Source of the DNA: Neoechinorhynchus agilis
Taxonomy: Eukaryota; Animalia; Acanthocephala
Direction: 5' to 3'
Length of the DNA stretch: 64,000 nt
NCBI GenBank assembly: GCA_051530055.1
Contig: CM121342.1
Location: forward strand, 8,943,480 to 9,007,479
The position numbers and the translations under genes were made by a program. The notes beneath the pieces are model-generated. The model was not told the DNA's origin. It made no database searches and was given only the letters and a program-made list of their open reading frames with translations. Positions 59,599 to 64,000 of this stretch are shown here, one piece after another. Each line of letters begins with the position of its first letter. Positions within the stretch are counted from its first letter, which is position 1.

Positions 59599-60689
59599 AC
59601 TTGAACTGAATAAATCAGCAGTTTGCTCTTTGCTATTGTACTTTTTCCGACATTTTCAAAATACAATCGATTCGGTTAATCTGAGCGTGATCATTTTGGC
59701 TCTAAGTTTAAATTATCGGCTACACGAGCTAATTTCGTATTTCGAATCTTTTAATCCAAAAATTTCAATTGTTGTCTTTTTCATCGAGCAAAATAGAGCA
59801 CGATTCCTTTAAACTTTTAGCCATCAAATGGTTCGTATAGGATTCTAGAATAAAACAAACTGGGAATTCAACAGAATTGCTTAGAATAATGTGCGGCATT
59901 TCATTGGCTTTAAGACCCGATCCTTTTTATCATTCGATTGCTTCATTTAACCATCACTATTTTGCCTTCTAAATTCACAATAATTATGATTGATCATTTT
60001 GCGCAAATTCCATCGCATATTACGAATATTCCTAATCTCCGACCGATTGCGAATACGACCCCAGCTAACCCATAGCGCTTCCCAAACTACAGTGGAATAT
60101 TATTAAACATTTCTAATCGAGTCCTATTCTATAGTCGAAAATTTACAAACAATTCGGGCCTGTAGCTTTCCTTCTCAATATGTATTGGAGTTTCTTTTAA
60201 GACCGGTCCGCGAGCTATTCTCATCGGGACAATATTAGAAGTTATTTTATGGGAAAAAAACGTCCATAAAAGAAATATCTTTAAGCCATTTTGAGCTCTC
60301 AATTTCTTTGGACTCATTACATCCGAGTCTCGTTAAAGGTTCTTTTCTCAGCTCTGGAGAATATCGCTTAGGAATCTTTAAATTTGCCTTATTGATACTT
60401 TTCGCGATCGCGTTTGTGTTCCGTCAACTAAATGGAACCAAATTGCAGTTCCTTGCACCGAGGAAATGGCTCCCAATCTATGTGATGAGAAGAGCTAGTT
60501 GCAGGGTCTTCTATTGTAAGAAAACAGTGCGTCACAAGCCCAAACGAAGGGCCTTCGAAGGTGCATAATTCGTCGATGATGAGCTGTTCACTGCAATTAA
60601 CAATCTAATAAATGAAGCTGCGCTAAAAGACTAAACATCTCATTATATTTTACGTTGATTGACTGTCTGTCATGACGGATGATCACTGC

Positions 60690-61760
60690 CTCAGCCTGTA
60701 ATGACGCAGAGACAAAAGTGTGTTGACTTCTTGCGGGACATCATGTTACCCTGAAGATGGATTTGATTAAAATCCGTATTCGAGCAATAAAAGATTTCGC
60801 GGTGTGCATAAGTCTGCGAATTTTTTCTCCAAGGTGACATCATACGTCGGTCGAGGAATATCGACAGATTTGGCAATTTGGTGGATCGGTTGTGTTTTTT
60901 CCGTCACATTGGTATTAGCATTCCGTCTTACGAGATGGTCGGATGACGACTCTAGCCTCCTCTGGGTCCTTCGGGAGTCGAAAGAGTTTTTACTTTGAGA
61001 TCCCTGTCGTCTCGCCCAACCAATATACTCTTTGAAGGCTGCACTGTTCTTTGAGAAGGCGCAATGTCCATCACGATTGCAGTTGGAGCAGTGACGTAAC
61101 TTCCTCTCGCACTTTGAACTGTGATGATCTTGGCCACAGAAAGCGCATCTCGTTATTTTGGACGGGCACTTTTGCTCCCAATCACCCCAACATTGGCAAG
61201 CGTTGCATCTCGGAAAGTGAAAGTCGTCATGGTGTGATATCTCGTTTGCTATGAATTTGACTTCCATTGATTGAAAAAAACATCGTTGGGTGCATAGAGC
61301 ATCCCTCCGTTCGACCTCAGCTTTCACAATTGCATTGGGAATGCACTTACCCGTCCTCGATTTCAGGAAAAATAGAATTTTAACTCCAAATTTCTCCTCA
61401 AAAGCTCTCTTATCTGAATCATCGCTATCCGGTGAGAGTCCTGAAACCATAAAGGTTGAGTCGTAGCTCGTGTTAGCGATTGAAACTCCTGCCAAATCGC
61501 AGTTCTTCTTTGTGAAGGTTAGGTAAGCCTTGACGAAATCCGCGGTTAAGAATTTGATTTTCGGAATACCTCCAAAATAACTAAGGGAAGAGATTCGATG
61601 AGTGTCGTCTCTAAGAGATTTGAGCCATGGCGCCAAATAACGTCTGTGTAGCTCTTCTCTGGGTAGAATCGGCGTAGATTGTATTTTAATCGTATTGGGC
61701 CATTTCCTAGACGGCACCTCCACGAAGTTTTTGTTAGTTTGTTCGCTGAGAATTTTCCCC
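60690..61760 (-). mobile_element. LINE ORF1 (gag-like, three zinc knuckles), same family as 39692-40535
   Basis: ILPREELH.R.LAPWL...RCFFQSMEVKF.ANEI...CNACQCWGD / CAFCGQDHHSSKC / CSNCNRDGHC. Confidence 0.85.
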
Positions 61761-61789
61761 TCGCCACGGAAATACTGTAACACCGTCCC

Positions 61790-63140
61790 GTGTATGGTCA
61801 TCGAGTCGGCAGATTATTCGGCTGTAGGATGTTGGGCGCATTCACAGTATTCGGGGCGCGATGAAGAGAATTGCGTTCACTACCGCGTGTCGTGAGACGA
61901 GACCATTTCGTCCCGACGGTTCCACGGTCGTTCCGCAACGGCAGCGAATCGATACCCCAAGTCGCAGGGACACTGCAATCCTTACTGCCGCGTCGGAGGG
62001 TAACCAGAGAAGCGATTGGGATAGCGTTGAGCCAAGCACCCGATTCTCTTGTAGGAACGGCCGCCAACCAAGTTCGGTTCACCAGGTCACGAGAATCTGA
62101 AATTGAGGAGTTGTGAATTCTCACTACCAGGGATGAGTCCCAAATTGATTGTTTGCGACCATTGACGGGTAACTGCTCGCTGCCTGACAATAATTCTCGC
62201 CAAGAACGGATTTAGCTACTTTGCGACTTGCCTCATACGATCGCAAATAAGCTGGCAGAGAAATATCGGCTGCTTTTCGGATACCTAAACCTCCGAACGA
62301 GACAGGCAAGGACGCTTGTCCGACAGCTGAGTACTTAAAATTTTCTCGAGAGAGGCTTTCACCGTCTCGTCTAATTTTGCCAGCTTATCATTATGTCTAA
62401 AAAAATGTGCAGTGTGCAGCTTATACAGCAGTTTTTGGATAAAGTGGGTGTTCGTGATCATGAACAGAGCCCCGGGTGAAGATAATTAATTAACTAGTTC
62501 GCACAGCACCGAAAGTTGCGGCTGAAGATTGGCCTTAGAAGACTCAACCGGTCTGGAGTGATCAATTCTATCCCGGGGGCCAGGTTCTGAAAATATTTCA
62601 CGATAGTTTGCCTGGTCGTTCCACGTTCATCACTAAAATCTCGCATTTCGCAGCATTCAATGCCAATTTTCGCCCTCGACTTCACGAGTGTCTCCAAATC
62701 GCGCAGTACAACAGAAAGGTTACCTCCGAGCGTGACATCGTCCAGGTACCAGCCGTTAAGGCTGGACTGGAGAGAGTGCGCGACGAGATTGACTGTGAGT
62801 GAGAAGGCCTAGGGCCCAAAGGATCCAATTGTTGAACTCCTCTTTCTGAACACAAAACCTGGTTATTGAAGAACAAGGGTGTCGGAATCCCATAGGCATT
62901 AACGAAATAGCGAAATGCTTCTGGTGCGTGATCTCTAACTACTTCGAGCAAATCTGCTCGGTGAACTGTGTTGAATGCATTTTCGAAATCACATTTCAAG
63001 ATCACGCACGGCTAAGAGTTTCCGGTGATGAACGTGCGGAGTGAATAAACAATCGCATCTGCGCCACAAGGTGAACAGCAGCCCAACTGAGTAGCGCGAA
63101 GCAGCATCCCTACTTTTTCCGCGATCCTTTTTATCTTTTG
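61790..63140 (-). mobile_element. CRE-clade element, third subfamily (RT to REL, deleted and frameshifted)
   Basis: ILKCDFENAFNTVHRADLLEVVRDHAPEAF...SERGVQQLDPLGP; MPVSFGGLGIRK; ESGAWLNAIP; RCRCG...RHAVVN. Confidence 0.85.
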
Positions 63141-63236
63141 CTGTTAAGCGGCGCACAGTTGTTCCAATTGTCATAAGAAACCTTCTTATTGGTTCGAGAA
63201 ACATTTGCATTTATTTGAATGTTGTAGGAAATGATT

Positions 63237-64000
63237 TTAAAAAACCGCGCAGATTCCTTTAGGCGGCGCACAGTGCTTTTTGGCTGGGAATACTCGATGT
63301 GGCCATTTTCTACAAGCACAAAGGTACAATCCACTCCTATTAATGTCCGAGGAATTTCTCACATTGAATATAAGCAGCGGAGCATTCAAATAAACATGTG
63401 TTTTTTTGGAGTATTGTACGATATTGTCGATATTGGTTAGATCTATCTTATTTGAAATAAATCTAACTGATCGCTTACCACTGAGATGAAGAGCACGGCC
63501 TTTAAGTGTCAAATTCCCTCGTCCTTGCAATTGATTCGTGTAAAGATGTGGCAAATATGCGACTGAACAGTTCTTCATGGAAATCTTCTCTTGTTTTATA
63601 GCATATGGATCGTTTATCTTTATAAACACTCCTGAAGAGTTAATGACTAACGGACTTGGAGATTGCCCATCGCTGAATCGAATCTCCCCGTCAGTCACCG
63701 AATATTTATTGGTACTGTAGATGCGGCGGAATCGTTGTGGTGTATGAAGCAGATTTACTGACTGTGTCACCACTTTGCTATAATAAACCTTGAGTAATCT
63801 GGCACCTTCCCCTAGGCTGCCAACAAAATGTGAGTCGGGCAGTTGCCAATTGAATCTATGTAGTATTAACATCAACGAAGTTAAGTTCAATGAAGCCATA
63901 ACTAATAGGCAAACTGCTGCTAAAATTAACAACGTAGACTTCACATCATGAACAGGGCAATGCACATCAACGTCCCTATTGCTTTCCCCGTTTGACGACA
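63237..64000 (-). CDS. Sarcoglycan-family type II membrane protein (beta-like); N-terminus beyond the window edge
   Basis: Single TM LLILAAVCLLVMASLNLTSLMLIL, several N-X-S/T sites, GRGNLTLKGR.LHLSGK.SV, C-terminal LCAC......C......C. The frame is open to 64000; the track's first M is a GTG. Confidence 0.75.
   Translation of the reverse strand, partial: SSNGESNRDVDVHCPVHDVKSTLLILAAVCLLVMASLNLTSLMLILHRFNWQLPDSHFVGSLGEGARLLKVYYSKVVTQSVNLLHTPQRFRRIYSTNKYSVTDGEIRFSDGQSPSPLVINSSGVFIKINDPYAIKQEKISMKNCSVAYLPHLYTNQLQGRGNLTLKGRALHLSGKRSVRFISNKIDLTNIDNIVQYSKKTHVYLNAPLLIFNVRNSSDINRSGLYLCACRKWPHRVFPAKKHCAPPKGICAVF

Overview
AT-rich eukaryotic DNA, almost certainly animal (it carries a sarcoglycan), from a compact genome with very short introns of about 35-45 nt. 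Four loci look intact: NHP2 (514-975), a U1 snRNA gene (2513-2676), nucleoside diphosphate kinase (18705-19249, two introns) and a sarcoglycan running off the right edge. The rest is a mosaic of retroelement remnants and reshuffled or duplicated pseudogenes. The retroelements are CRE-clade REL elements, APE-type LINEs, Penelope-like elements with minimal hammerhead ribozymes, Ty3/gypsy gag remnants, and an R2-type RT fused to a 28S rDNA fragment. The pseudogenes include OGT, ABCC, Tudor, cytochrome b561 and a secreted Kunitz inhibitor. Two features stand out. (1) A tandemly duplicated, Pol III-headed short element at 31.4-32.1 kb contains all three strands of a hammerhead ribozyme in an order that is none of the three known circular permutations. 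(2) A ~142-nt, ~11-copy tandem array at 49.4-51.0 kb has a consensus unit that reads as a complete C/D-box snoRNA. All calls are by eye, without database searches; many boundaries are approximate to tens of nt. The supplied ORF track uses alternative start codons, so some of its initial M residues are not ATG.
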